DNA of 63,815 bases, filler included, from Reticulomyxa filosa (Eukaryota; Protista; Foraminifera): the NCBI GenBank assembly GCA_000512085.1. It is 27 parts of 27 records of this genome, joined end to end, with 100 filler letters (N's around TTAATTAATTAA, not from the genome) between each part and the next. Parts side by side here need not be neighbours in the genome. Positions count along the whole stretch, not along the records: positions 1 to 1,390 come from ASPP01019223.1; positions 1,491 to 3,623 come from ASPP01035489.1; positions 3,724 to 5,736 come from ASPP01028967.1; positions 5,837 to 9,620 come from ASPP01026546.1; positions 9,721 to 10,869 come from ASPP01026826.1; positions 10,970 to 12,021 come from ASPP01024401.1; positions 12,122 to 13,187 come from ASPP01043896.1; 20 more parts are not named here. One strand, written 5' to 3'. Shown here piece by piece: positions 1 through 12,269 of the stretch. Position 1 is the stretch's first letter. Every line of letters starts with the position of its first letter. Under the pieces are notes generated by a model. The model was not told where the DNA came from and made no database searches. It was given only the letters and a program-made list of their open reading frames with translations. Made by a program: the position numbers and the translations under genes.

Positions 1-1390
1 TCACCTTTTTCTTTATCGTCTTTTTGTTCCTTTCTCTTATCGTACTCTTAATAGCAAGAAGATACAACTCGAGGTTTTTTTTGCCAGGAATAGTGGCAAG
101 AGTCAATTCCTATTTCTTCAGTTGACACTTAAGCAGCTCTTTTAGAGCTATTTTTTTTCTTGACACAACTCTAAACAATAGAAGAGTCTATTATCATAAG
201 TTTTTTTAAAGACAAGTGAAACGAAAATATGCAGATAGATTCGATTTGAACCTTTTTTTAGATTTAAAATATTAAACTAAGAAATTTTTTACAGTGAATA
301 TAATTTGATGAATATATCAGTGAGTGGTGAAGATGTTTAAGTTATTATTAAAAAAAATCAAAAATTACAATTGGAACAAAAGATAAAAAAATTGAAGCAA
401 GTGTCACACTTGCAATTGGATATGCCAAAACTTGGCATTATTTGACTTCACTTCACCTTGCTTGCTGGCACCGCAACCACCACTTTCCAATATTCGATAT
501 GTGTTGTATTCGTTGAGACCTATGTTATATACGTGTGTATCCATCATACATGTTTTAAGTACTTTTCCAATCACATTATACAAAAAATATTATAACTTGG
601 AATACAGGTTGCGCAGTTCACCATTTTCAATCAATCATGAGCGCATTACACTGATTTGGATCTTTCATTTTTTTTTTATCAAATTATATGCTATTCAAAG
701 CATAATACCATGATCCATTATCGATGCACTATGTTGCTATTATCATTACCATTATTGTTGGGGATTCACTTCAGCGCCAATAATAATGTTAACAGCAACA
801 ATTTATACACTTCCATTTGCACACATTTAAAGATCTATTCAAAAAGTTCAAGCAACACATACCACAAATATAAATAAATAATAATAATATACGTTTTATG
901 TTAAATATGTACACATAAAACAAAAACTTTTCAGTCAATGGACTCAATCACGAATTATAGTATCTAGATCACAGGAAAGAGATAGGCGCACAAATTACTA
1001 ACAAAATACATTGGACTCTTGTGTTAGAATGTGCGCGTTGGTTTCAACAATAATGCTTCCATCAATGATTCTGTTATTTGGAACAATTGAACTGTGACTT
1101 GGAGGGAGCTAGTATCATTGAAATGCTCTTCCCCTAGAGCTGTCACTTTTTTGGGTGGCGGTCTTGTCAACGGCAGACCATTCCACTTTTCAAATTTGAG
1201 TGATTCGGTTTTTGATAACCGAACAATTCATTTGTATCCATAGCGACGGCATCTTTGAGATAAGAGAGGTGATATGAGATAGGAGAGAGGGGCTCGGCTG
1301 CTGACATAAAATATTGCACTCAGCAGGGCCCAGTGTTTGCAAACACCCAGCTTTTGTTTTGTTCGATAAATGATTGAACAGCTTTTGAAT

Positions 1391-1490
1391 NNNNNNNNNN
1401 NNNNNNNNNNNNNNNNNNNNNNNNNNNNNNNNNNTTAATTAATTAANNNNNNNNNNNNNNNNNNNNNNNNNNNNNNNNNNNNNNNNNNNN
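1391..1490. other. Artificial contig-joining spacer (first of 26)
   Basis: N44-TTAATTAATTAA-N44 (stops in all six frames). Other copies start at 3624, 5737, 9621, 10870, 12022, 13188, 15082, 18495, 19803, 20971, 22096, 23619, 26922, 28410, 31096, 34974, 37701, 39027, 42940, 44348, 47104, 48404, 52141, 59253 and 62418. Neighbouring fragments are not linked. Confidence 0.98.
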
Positions 1491-2000
1491 CCTGAAATAG
1501 GAAGCCAATGGGATAAGATGCATAGCACCTTAAAATTAGGTTTGAAATTGGCGGATATGCTAAAGCTAGATCCTGTTAAAATTAAAAGAGCAATAGAACT
1601 GATGAAATGTGATTTAGTGACGGAAATGGTTGGAGAATTCCCTGAGTTACAAGGAATAATGGGCTATTATTATAGTCTAAATGATAGTGAAGATGAAGGA
1701 GTAGCCATTGCAATAAGAGATCATTATAAACCTTTAGGTCCGAACGATTCAACTCCTAACAGCCCAACTGCAGCAGCAGTTGCTTTAAGTGATAAATTGG
1801 ATACTTTAAACCAAATGTTTTCTATAAATATCAAACCAACCGGTTCTAAAGATCCATTTGCTTTGAGAAGGGCAGCTAACGGGATTATTAGGATAATTAA
1901 AGAAAATAATTTAATGATCAATTTAGCTCAGGATTTAGCGAAGCTAGGTATAAGAGAAGATGTGATTAATTTTATTTTAGAACGTGATGCAATCAACTAA
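1491..2000 (+). CDS. glyS: Bacterial glycine--tRNA ligase beta subunit, 3' part (open from contig start)
   Basis: Motifs KCDLVTEMVGEFPELQGIMGYYY, AIRDHYKP, ALSDKLDTL and PTGSKDPFALRRAA; no introns. Confidence 0.95.
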   Translation, partial: PEIGSQWDKMHSTLKLGLKLADMLKLDPVKIKRAIELMKCDLVTEMVGEFPELQGIMGYYYSLNDSEDEGVAIAIRDHYKPLGPNDSTPNSPTAAAVALSDKLDTLNQMFSINIKPTGSKDPFALRRAANGIIRIIKENNLMINLAQDLAKLGIREDVINFILERDAIN

Positions 2001-2369
2001 TTAAGCGCTTTCCCAAGCATTTTCAATATGATTAATAATCTGAGTGTTATTCAATAGTATCAAGTCGAATCTTATCTGATCATAAGAGGTTAAGTTCTTA
2101 AATGAGAGAAAGTAATTAGCTGCTTGTAAAATCCGTTTTATTTGTCTATTGCTTAGGAATTCATAATGCTCAAACCTAGATCTTGCCTTCACTTCAATGA
2201 AAACAAGAATGCTATCTCTTTTTGCAACAATATCGATTTCACCATAAGGGGTTTTAAATCTTTGCTCTAAAATTTCATAGGATAAATTGATAAGATACTC
2301 ACAAACTGCCTTTTCTGCATTTAAACCCAAGGAGTATGCATTGATTCTTTTAGAATTCGTTATCTTCAA
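2001..2369 (-). CDS. yraN: YraN family (UPF0102) putative endonuclease
   Basis: G..AE..V..YL, GEIDIVA, LVFIEVKAR, RFDLI and HIENAW; 122 aa. Confidence 0.93.
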   Translation of the reverse strand: MKITNSKRINAYSLGLNAEKAVCEYLINLSYEILEQRFKTPYGEIDIVAKRDSILVFIEVKARSRFEHYEFLSNRQIKRILQAANYFLSFKNLTSYDQIRFDLILLNNTQIINHIENAWESA

Positions 2370-3448
2370 AGGTTGCGTTTGATTTGTTAGCTTCGCTATT
2401 TTCAGGTTTTTTCTCCTCTTTCTCCTGTAACTGAGTTAAGTATTCGCGAGCGACTGCTTCGGAGATTATACTTTTTTCATATAGGGATTTTATTGATTGT
2501 TCCATCAAAATCATACCTTGTTTAACCCCAATTTGCATCATACTTGAAATTTGATGCAATTTATTTCCCCTAATTAAATTTCTTATCGCGGCATTGGCTA
2601 ATAATACTTCGAATGCTGCAACCCTATCATTTTGGTTTTGATTTATTAATAATGTTTGGGAAATGACTCCTTCTAAAGAAGTTGCTAGCATAGTTCGGAT
2701 CATGGGTTTATCCTCTGTTGGGAATACATCGATTATTCTATCGATAGTTTTTGCAGCAGAACTGGTATGCAAGGTGCAAAAAACTAAATGGTCTGTTTCA
2801 GCTGCAGTTAAGGCAAGCTGAATGGATTCTAAATCTCTTAGCTCCAATCATTATAATATCGGGGTTTTCCCTTAGGGCGCCTTTTAATGCTCTGGCAAAT
2901 GATAAACTATGGGAACCTATTTCTCTTTGATTTATAATGGATTTATTCGAGATGAACTTGTATTCTATAGGATCTTCAATAGTTATGATATGTTTACTGC
3001 ATTCTTTATTAATATGGTCGATCATTGATGCTAATGTGGTACTTTTACCGCTGCCAGTTGGACTAGTAATAATAATCAATCCGCGCTTAAGCTTAGTAAA
3101 TTTTTCAATAACGTTTGGGACCATAAGCTCTTGCAGAGTACAAATTCGATCTGTAATACTCCTCATGGCAATTGTAGGGCCATTATTGGTAATAAAAGCA
3201 TTTGCTCTAAATCTTTGCTTATTTACTTCTATAGAGAAATCTAAGTCCATCTCACTTTCAAATAAAGTTTTCTGACGCTCATTTAATAGTGATAAAATTG
3301 TATTATTGACGTCTTCTTTGGTTAGTTCTCGCATATGGAGTTAATGCATGTCACCATTGATTCTAACTACTGGAGGTAAATTAGGAGATAAAATTAAATC
3401 TGAAGCGTTATGTTCTTTAACGTAATTTAAAAGGGTATTTAAGTCCAT
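2350..3448 (-). pseudogene. pilT: Type IV pilus retraction ATPase PilT, disrupted
   Basis: ATG at 3448 gives MDLNTLLNYVKEHNASDLILSPNLPPVVRINGDMH*, with an in-frame TAA at 3341-3343. Then PTGSGKSTT, TIEDPIE, a frameshift at ~2843 inside IIMIG/ELRD, TLHT and the PilT-specific AIRNLIR. Confidence 0.92.
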
Positions 3449-3599
3449 AATCTAAAGCGATTGCATTATTTATAATGAAAGCATATTTTTAAAAAGTTTT
3501 ACAGCTATTTTGAGGATAGAAGCGATATTCTTTCAATAGACTTCTTTCGAAACTAAAAGAAATAGATTAAAAAGTATTTAGTAACTAATATAGGAAGTT

Positions 3600-3623
3600 A
3601 TGAAATACGAAGCTATCAAAGGG
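3600..3623 (+). CDS. Start of a divergent bacterial gene (MKYEAIKG...), possibly yggS
   Basis: ATG preceded by an AGGAAG RBS-like sequence. yggS is commonly divergent from pilT in Proteobacteria; only 8 codons are visible. Confidence 0.3.
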
Positions 3624-4150
3624 NNNNNNNNNNNNNNNNNNNNNNNNNNNNNNNNNNNNNNNNNNNNTTAATTAATTAANNNNNNNNNNNNNNNNNNNNN
3701 NNNNNNNNNNNNNNNNNNNNNNNGATCTCGCGCAAAATCGCAATATCAGATATCTGACTAGTAAAAAAAATTCTTTTTTAGGAATTTGAAAGTATTTTCT
3801 TTGTATCTTTGTCTTTGTTTCTGTTTTCGCCACAATCTTGCTGACGACGAAAATCGTTGTTAATAATCGAAGATTAACTTCGAACTTCTTTCAGATACTG
3901 CTAGATGTTGCAGTAGCTTGTATTCCTTCAAAATACAACTTTTTTTCAAAAGTTTATCTTGATGATTAAGGATTTTATTTATTTATTTTTTACGCTGTTG
4001 CTTCGAATGATAATGAAACAATATCAAAATCACAAATGTATGAAGCATTTCAATGAACAATGGATTGATACTCTGTTGAAAACATTTCAAATAAATTATC
4101 AAAATTTGGCATTTGAATGTTTATTCAAAGAAATCAAGTCGCAACAGAAA

Positions 4151-4390
4151 ATGGTTCAAACATTTGAAGGACGTACACATTTTGTAAAAAGAAGATATAA
4201 ATTCATCAGATGTTCTAAAGTTATTTCATATTCAAATGACAAAACTATTCAAATATGGGATGTATCTTTAGGAAAATAAATTCGAGTACTAGAAGGACAT
4301 AGTCGAGTTATCAATTACATTCATTTATCACTCGACGATTTAAAATTAGTGTCATCTTCTCGTGATAAAACAATTCAATTATGAGATAGT
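4151..4390 (+). pseudogene. WD40-repeat pseudogene fragment
   Basis: SYSNDKTIQIWDVSLGK*IRVLEGHSRVINYIHLSLDDLKLVSSSRDKTIQL*D, with in-frame stops. Confidence 0.85.
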
Positions 4391-5270
4391 GATAAAGAAA
4401 AAATCATTGATGTAATGATACAATCAAAAATGGAGACATCACAGTTATTTGTTTACAAATAATACAATTATCTATTTTGTTTAATGTTATCAAAATGTTC
4501 TATAAAAGAGAGATAAATGCGTATAAAACAAAATCACTGTTTTGATATATCCAAAAATTTCATATTTATCCATCTTCGTATAAAGTCTTTTAAAAGAGAA
4601 CTTTCAATTTGCAATATCTCTGAAAAAGGGATGAAATTTTATTATCTGCTCACATATTTCTTGCTTATCGTAGATTTTTGAAATTATGCTATATCTCATT
4701 TGTCTTTTTTTGGCACGTATTTGGGTGTCGAATTATTTAGAAAATCAGTATTGTTCTGAATAAAACAATCAATAGATTATTACTTGATGCAACCAAGTTG
4801 TATTTTATTACGTGTTGATTTAATCATTCCTTTTTTTTTCCTAAGCCTTTCAACAAATTCCACTCCAATTTAAAAAATAGTCTCTATCACAAATTGTCGC
4901 ATTCCAAGAGCTGCATTATCACACTTTGTGCATCAAATGTATTTTACGATAAAACAATTTTAAAAAGAAATATACAAACTTATTCAACTATTTCAAACTA
5001 ATTCATGAAGACATATCATTATGTAATTTATGAAATTTATGCTTCAAAGTCGGATATTTAAAAAAACTTGCAATGTACGTGCGTATTTCAGTTTTGAATA
5101 AGTTCTTCATAAAAAAATTTTTAATTTTCATTGAAAAGAAAATCACATTCATTGTTAAAATCCATTTCATATTTCAAAAATATTTTAAAACTCCTTTGCT
5201 TGCCCTTGAAAGAAAAAAAGCTCAATATCTTCCATTTTGCATCATCAAAAACAATCTTAAGAAAAAAAAA

Positions 5271-5736
5271 ATGATAACTCTCAGCAATGAAAAGCAAACT
5301 TTAACACAACTGACGTTGGTAAGCTTTATTACAAACTTTTAGAAAGTATGTTGCCTTTTTATTGTTTCATTATTTATGTAATCTGTAATTCAAAAAGTTT
5401 GAAGAAGAAAAGATTCAAGTAATTTTACAACATTGTATTCGAACATTGAAAATCAAATTATGATTTATTAATAAATTTGACAAAATTGTCATCAATTATG
5501 TTAGTTCGTCTGCTCTTTCTTTCTTTTATATCAATCAAAATACTCAAATGTTTATTTAACATAGGTATATACTGTCTTCATGTTTGATACATTTCGTTCA
5601 TCATCTAAATTACTCAATACATTTGCTGGACATACAAACGCTGTGTTGAGTATTGATTATTCAACACTCGATGATTGTCAATTCATTTGTTTTGGATCAT
5701 ATGATAACACAGTTCGTGTATGGGATGTTGATAACA
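5271..5736 (+). pseudogene. WD40-repeat family gene, 5' exons (disrupted)
   Basis: Exon 1 MITLSNEKQTLTQLTL; exon 2 has TGA where the paralog has Gly; exon 3 MFDTFRSSSKLLNTFAGHTNAVLSIDYS...SYDNTVRVWD. Paralog of 15182-15834. Confidence 0.85.
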
Positions 5737-5904
5737 NNNNNNNNNNNNNNNNNNNNNNNNNNNNNNNNNNNNNNNNNNNNTTAATTAATTAANNNNNNNN
5801 NNNNNNNNNNNNNNNNNNNNNNNNNNNNNNNNNNNNTATGTATATGTCAAAGGATTGAAATTTCATTTTTAAACACTCTTTGCTTTTTTTTAAATAAAAA
5901 AAAG

Positions 5905-6225
5905 GAAGCACAAAATCGTCGAAGTGGCGAGCGCTTATTAAATGCGGAGTCGATCATAGCCAGCGATGCAGAAAAACAAATCAAGACCGAAATGGACAAT
6001 TTGTTGGCAGTAGAGACAGAGATGAGCGAACATGAGGTGCTGGCGCCTGAGTCTGAAGCATCGCAATCACACACGGCCACCAAGGTACATCCCAAAGACG
6101 GTGCGACCCAGGACGAACAAGGTAAAAACTTACCCGAGGGCTGGAGGTGCTATTACACCGACACTGGGGAAATTTATTACCATAGTGCTACGAGTGGTGC
6201 CACACAATGGGAGAGACCCGTTTAA
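5905..6225 (+). CDS. Last exon of a WW-domain protein
   Basis: LPEGWRCYYTDTGEIYYHSATSGATQWERP*; acceptor AG at 5903-5904. Confidence 0.9.
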   Translation, partial: EAQNRRSGERLLNAESIIASDAEKQIKTEMDNLLAVETEMSEHEVLAPESEASQSHTATKVHPKDGATQDEQGKNLPEGWRCYYTDTGEIYYHSATSGATQWERPV

Positions 6226-6755
6226 CTCCAAACTTTTTTTGTTGTTGTGTTGCCCACCGCGACTGACTCTTTTTTTTTTTTCTCAACAAACTTCAAAACT
6301 ATGTGTTTGAGAAAAGAGTTACTTTTTTTTTATTTTCCATTTCAACTGGGTAATCAAGATACATCCACAATGAAAACTCGATCAGAAAAAGGTGTCTGCA
6401 AAAACTTTCAAAAAAAAAGATTCTGATTTTGTTTACTTTTCTGTTATTACTCGCACATGTTAACACAACACCACTGTTCAAAGCATTCCCAATAAGGGGC
6501 AGCAAAAAAGCTCACAAAAAAAAAAAAGAGTATTATCAACCAAACTTTTGGAGTGAGAATGTAATCAAAATGAATGACTTTTTGACACAACGTCCAGAAG
6601 TAAAAATGTTGATTATTACAGTTATATCTTACTTTTATTATTCATTTAAGAATCTCTACCACAATCTATTAAATAAATGCTTAAAAAAAAAGGGTAAAAC
6701 AATACATGAAATATTTCTTAAAAAAAAAAAATTGATCTGGAAATGGATTTTCTTT

Positions 6756-7787
6756 TTACTCGGTCAATACTTCAAACTTACATATTGGACACGTTGGATT
6801 TTGCCGGAGCCACTGATAATTTTATTGGGAAAAAAAAAAATGGAACATTGTGCTAATGCAAACAAAAATATACACTACACATACATATATATAACGCAGC
6901 TGAACTGTGTCAACACAATCCGAATGAAAAATGTGCATGCACGAAATCGTTCGAATATTTTGTCCAAACTCAATTTCAGCCAAACAAATACTACAATTGC
7001 TCAATGCATGCTTTTCTCTTTTTTTTTAATATCCATATGTATGTATATATGTGGTAAATGGTATGTTTTAATATTTTTTTTGTATGCGTATTTATGTTCC
7101 AAAGTGCAAGGAGTGCCAAAAAAGTAAGAGTGAAGGCAATAGTGAGAGGGAAAAGGTCTTTTTTAATTGTTATTATTTGTTTTTTGTAATGGTAACTGTA
7201 TGGTAGTTTCTGGCATTTGTTCAATTTCTTCTTGTGACAATCCTCGAGTGGATTGTTGATGAGACTCTTCCATTTGTTGAAGTATTTCAACATCTGTTTT
7301 CATTACAATATTCCAAGTAGCAATCTTCCTCAGAAAACAGAGAACACAAACAATTAAATTTTCCTCTTGTTGTGTATATAAATGTGGTATATGAATATGC
7401 TTAAGGTAAAAACTATACCATTTTGATTCATCTGTCTTCCGTTTTCTAGCAGTTGCAGCTGTTCAATAGTTGACACACTGTCAGCAGGATTGTCAGGTGT
7501 CAGTTCGGGCAAATGATCTCTCAATTCATGCATTCTTTTTGCCATTCGTATCGTTATATACCCGATCACAAACAGCACTGACAATATTATCTATTCAATA
7601 TTTGAGATTCACCTTTTGGGAAAGAAAGAATAAGTGGCATAAAGTTTTTTAAAGGTTAGAAACACTGAACTGCGAACACATATTCACTGTAGAATATTAA
7701 AAAAATCTCTATTATTAAAAAGATAATCAATGACAGGGTCGTGATAATGATGCCGCATTCAAACTTGCAACAATTTGAAAAGATCAT
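6756..7787 (-). CDS. Membrane-anchored RING-H2 E3 ubiquitin ligase (multi-exon)
   Basis: Hydrophobic N-terminal exons, RGLSQEEIEQMP, and CSICLAEIEFGQNIRTISCMHIFHSDCVDT|WLRQNPTCPIC. Upstream exon boundaries are approximate. Confidence 0.85.
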
Positions 7788-8409
7788 CTTATTATTTTCT
7801 TCTTTTTTTGTCTTGTAAGAAACGTACAAAAACAAAAAAAGAAAAAAAGTCGAGAGCGAGTTGTGAGAAATAGAAAGACAATAAGGATTAGAGTTTGCGA
7901 ATATGTGCTTTCATAATGGTATCACGGCATTTGATACCTCAATTCGCTTTTAAAAGAGAATGGCAATGTCTCTTTTTTTTTATTTTTTAATGAAGTGTCT
8001 TGACATTCTTATGACTTCCTTTTTAGAAAGAAAGTGCTCAACAATATCCAAACATTCTGATGTTATGCTTTAAAAGTTTTTTCTTTTGAGGCTACCAATC
8101 TAAACAAAATTTTTGCTTCGGTGGATTTTGTTTTTAGCAAGCATTTAAAACTAATTGTGAAGCACATTAAAACAAAAAAATTTTGATTATAACTTTTTTT
8201 GCCAACGTCAAAGAACGAGTCTTCCCCCCCTATCAATTCAACTTCAAAAAACTTGAAGGACAAGTTTGTTGCAATGTCATCCAAACAAAAGGAACTATAT
8301 AACAAAACAAAAGTAATAATGTATTTTCATTTGTAAGACTTCAAAAAAAAAATAAAAGGCATACAACTAAAACTGGTCGACTTAGGGAGAGCGTTGGTGG
8401 CCAATATAT

Positions 8410-9251
8410 TTGACAAGAAAGAGTGAATTACCAAGCAAAGAAGAGATTCTTACACAACCACCGCTCAAGAAAAGTGATGAGAAAGGAGTAAAAGAAAGGC
8501 GAAAGAATCTTCCAGAGTGCTTAGAACAAGAGTTAGTCGATTGGAATCCAAAAAAAGAGACGGAATCGAATGACAAAGAAACAGCAATAACAATAACTGA
8601 AGATGGAGACCGAAAAGCGTCGAGGAACGCAATGAGCCAAACGAAGGAATTGGAAAGCGAAATAAAAAAATTGCAAAACGAAAACAAGAAAATTTTGCAA
8701 CTGGCAGAAAGCTTGCAAGCTGTAAGTGACGCTTCCCGCGAAGTGGCCAAGACGGCAATGAAGCAGGAGCAGCAATTGATTCAATGTAAGCAAATGCTCG
8801 ATTTGAAAATTAAACAATTACATTTTTACCGACAAACCGCTAAGCCAAATGCTTTTCATCGCTCAGTTCCCCAAAAATTCTTTCAAAAGTACTTTTTAAA
8901 AAATATATTTGTTCATTTTTTTTGTTAGTCTTGCCATTTCACTTGCAATCAAAATTTAGAGAATTTTTGGAAAAAGTGTTGACGGCGGAATGTTGCTACA
9001 TCACCCAGACCTTGCAACACTTTGTCCAGACACTCGATGAGAGGCTATTGTCCAAAGAGGTCTCCAAGCAATGCTTGTTTGCTGAACTCACTGAAATGAC
9101 TGAACCTAATATTAAATGGTTTTTTTCAATATCAATCTGCTGCTCAAACTGTTTGTCTCAGTTGTCACCTTTGTCTTGTCGTACATTGTCTTGTCGTAAA
9201 TTCCATTGGCATTCACTTTTATCAATCGTAAAAACTTTGGATACATGCTAA
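8410..9251 (+). CDS. Hypothetical coiled-coil protein
   Basis: Long K/E/Q-rich ORF with heptad character and a probable second exon; no family recognised. Confidence 0.45.
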
Positions 9252-9789
9252 TGTATTTCTCATAGCTCTATTTCCCATTACTGTCAAATCAATTTAAAAA
9301 AAATAAATTCCATTGTTTTTTTTTTTGCAAATCAAAATTTCTTATTGTAAGCAGTATATTTGTACTATTTCAGTGATATTTAATACCAAGTCTCACACAC
9401 TTAATGATTTTTGAATCCCACTTTCTTGTATTGCTCTCATTGCTTTTGTAGATACAATTCTTTAACCATTTTTAGCTAATTCAGTCATGACTAGTAACAA
9501 CTAACAAACAATTCAGAACTATTTAAGAAAACTGCAGCCAGGACAGCAAAATTAGAAGATAATAAGAAAGATTAGGAGGAAATTTTCACCTTTCGGTGAA
9601 AATTTCCATATTGCAGTAAGNNNNNNNNNNNNNNNNNNNNNNNNNNNNNNNNNNNNNNNNNNNNTTAATTAATTAANNNNNNNNNNNNNNNNNNNNNNNN
9701 NNNNNNNNNNNNNNNNNNNNAAATTGTACTCCAGGTTTTTTGGGGGGGAGGAGAGGGATTTCACCCCTTTTTTTTTTTTTGGAATCACG

Positions 9790-10767
9790 TCCATTTCATT
9801 TTTAAACCTTCTTTGTCACGATCTACGACTAACTCATAGGACACAACACCACTGTCGAAATCCGAAAAATAAGCGGTAGTAGTATCGGCAGCAGATGAAA
9901 AGACTATTGTGTATGTGTGCAGACTGCTAGCTGATATATTGAATAGTATTTCTTCTCTGCGATTACGACCGAGGCACAAGGCAACTCAAAAAAAAAAAAA
10001 AAGAAGGGAGTCGAAATTAAATTCCTCCGTTTCAAAGAAACATTACACTTTTTGTAGTTTTTTTAAAAAAGATGTTTAAGTTTGGCTGGCCAATGGCGGC
10101 TGTTTAGGCACCATTTTGGTAATGTCAGTAGGCAATTTGAACACTTGGGGATGACGTATTTTAATCTCTTGAAGAGTCGGTGACGAGTCGGACATGGTGA
10201 GAATTTTGACTTGTTCGGAGTGAAAGCGCATCCAATGCATAGGATGAGTGATCCATTCGATGCAATTGGTCGTCAAAAACTTTTCTCCAGTGATGGACTG
10301 TTTCTTAAACAAATCGGAATAGTATTCGTTCCACTGCCAAAAGGGGATATTTAAAACGAAAGCAGACATTTCGTCCGGGGTCCATTTCATTACTTCTGCG
10401 CTATTGCGTCGCATTGAATCTAATTTTTGTTCCAATGGTTTTTGCCATTCCAATACTTTCTGTCGCTCTTCTGCGGAGTTGATAGCGAGTTTCAACACAG
10501 GCGCCTGAGATATAGTCGCATGTGTCGCAAAAGATAACGAGAAAGAGGAAATGATAACAATTAATAATAATTATAATAAGAATAATAATAATAAGAATAA
10601 TAATAATAAAACAAACACAATCTTTGAACTTTTTTTTTGAGTGTAATTTTGGCCAATTGTTCGGCGCTATTTAGATCAATGCTTTGTTTTCGTTTGTTTG
10701 GAAACCGATTGATTTTTCCTCCATTTTTAGGTGGAGCTTCAACTTCATTTTTCGTCATTGTCTTCAT
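9790..10767 (-). CDS. SAM-domain-containing protein (multi-exon, partial)
   Basis: VMKWTPDEMSAFVLNI...YSDLFKKQSITGEKFL fits the SAM consensus W...V..(W/F)L...Y...F....I.G..LL. Confidence 0.6.
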
Positions 10768-11171
10768 TGATCTTTAAAGCAACACATCATATACTTGAAA
10801 AAAAAGGGGGAGGAAAGAGAGAGAGAGAGAGAGAGAGAAAAAAAAAAAAAAAAAACTGATGGAGCAATTNNNNNNNNNNNNNNNNNNNNNNNNNNNNNNN
10901 NNNNNNNNNNNNNTTAATTAATTAANNNNNNNNNNNNNNNNNNNNNNNNNNNNNNNNNNNNNNNNNNNNGCGTTAAAAAATATGCAAAAAAAAAGGAATA
11001 AATCCTATTTATGAACATATCATGTAAATTACTACCTTTCAAATTAGGCTCAGACTTGCCAACCATCCATTGTCCCTCCAGTCAGTTCTTACTGTCTAAC
11101 ACATAAAAAAAACATTAACAATAAAAAAGTAATTAATTAAGTTTGAAAAAAATATTTCATTTCCAAATTCG

Positions 11172-12021
11172 AATATTTAAAATAATTTTGTTTATATCTT
11201 GGACCCATCCAATTATTAATTCTTTCTTAATCTAATTTTGAACTATTATATCATGCTAATATGACTAGTAGTCAACCATATGGCAAAGTTTAGCATAGTG
11301 ATCGATATCACAGTCACTAAGATTAGCATTGCCTATTATATGTATTTTATTATATTTATTATATAATTTTATAGGTATATTTTGATCACAATAATTATAA
11401 GTATTTTTTTTAATAGAATATCTTATTAATCTTTTTGATACCATATTATTATTATTTGATGTACATAATAACAATATTGTATCATATATGCAGATATATG
11501 ATAAAAAATTGAATGTACGAATCCAATTACAAATATTCATTTTATATAATATAAAATTATTATATTACTCATTTTATTCGATTAATAGCCCAGTATCTTT
11601 ATAAAATACAATATTTCATAACTGCGCGAGCTCCGATATAATTGTAATTATTTCGTAAAATGTTAATATAATTATTTTGATTATCTTTGAAAGACCTATT
11701 TATTGAAATTATTTGCTTTAATTTCATTTCCATTATTATTATTCCAAATACTTTGATATTTAATAATCAATTTGTGATATTTAATTTTGCCATCACCACC
11801 GAAAGACAAAAAAATATTTTCTCCAAGTTTTACCACACAATGTCCAAATAATTCGATATTACTTGGATATGAACAAATAAACTTATATTTATTTTTGCGT
11901 GTATAATATGAATAACAACATCATTTAAGAGAATCTCAACAAATGATCAATTCGTCCTTGTAAGACACTATCTGTGATTGGAACAGTGTCACAGGTAAAT
12001 CTTTCAGGCTTTTAAAGTTAA
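11172..12021 (-). pseudogene. Kelch-repeat family pseudogene
   Basis: FKSLKDLPVTLFQSQIVSYKDELIIC*DSLK*CCYSYYTRKNKYKFICSYPSNIELFGHCVVKL is a stop-interrupted paralog of 16112-17332. Confidence 0.88.
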
Positions 12022-12269
12022 NNNNNNNNNNNNNNNNNNNNNNNNNNNNNNNNNNNNNNNNNNNNTTAATTAATTAANNNNNNNNNNNNNNNNNNNNNNN
12101 NNNNNNNNNNNNNNNNNNNNNTTTTTTTTTTTGTTTTTTTTGTAATCGAGTTTGTTGGTTGCGTACATGTCATATTTTTTGAAATACACACACCCAAACA
12201 CACATTTGTTATATGCAAATTCGTGTGTGTGTGCCTCTTCATAACAACATCACACACATACACATACAA

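Noticed and set aside
1-1390. ORFs 432-713 and 656-877
   Set aside because: No recognisable motifs; the composition suggests spurious frames or decayed sequence.
1435-1446. Recurring TTAATTAATTAA as a biological repeat or CRISPR-like array
   Set aside because: It is always centred in 44+44 Ns, so it is an artificial concatenation linker. ORFs containing X runs or ending in LIN are artefacts.
1491-3623. Horizontal transfer of bacterial genes into the host genome
   Set aside because: No host-bacterial junction is visible and the gene organisation is fully prokaryotic.
4151-12021. Alternative genetic code explaining the in-frame stops
   Set aside because: TAA, TAG and TGA all interrupt frames at varied residues, alongside frameshifts, and well-supported genes end in TAA, TAG or TGA. 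Pseudogenisation explains it.
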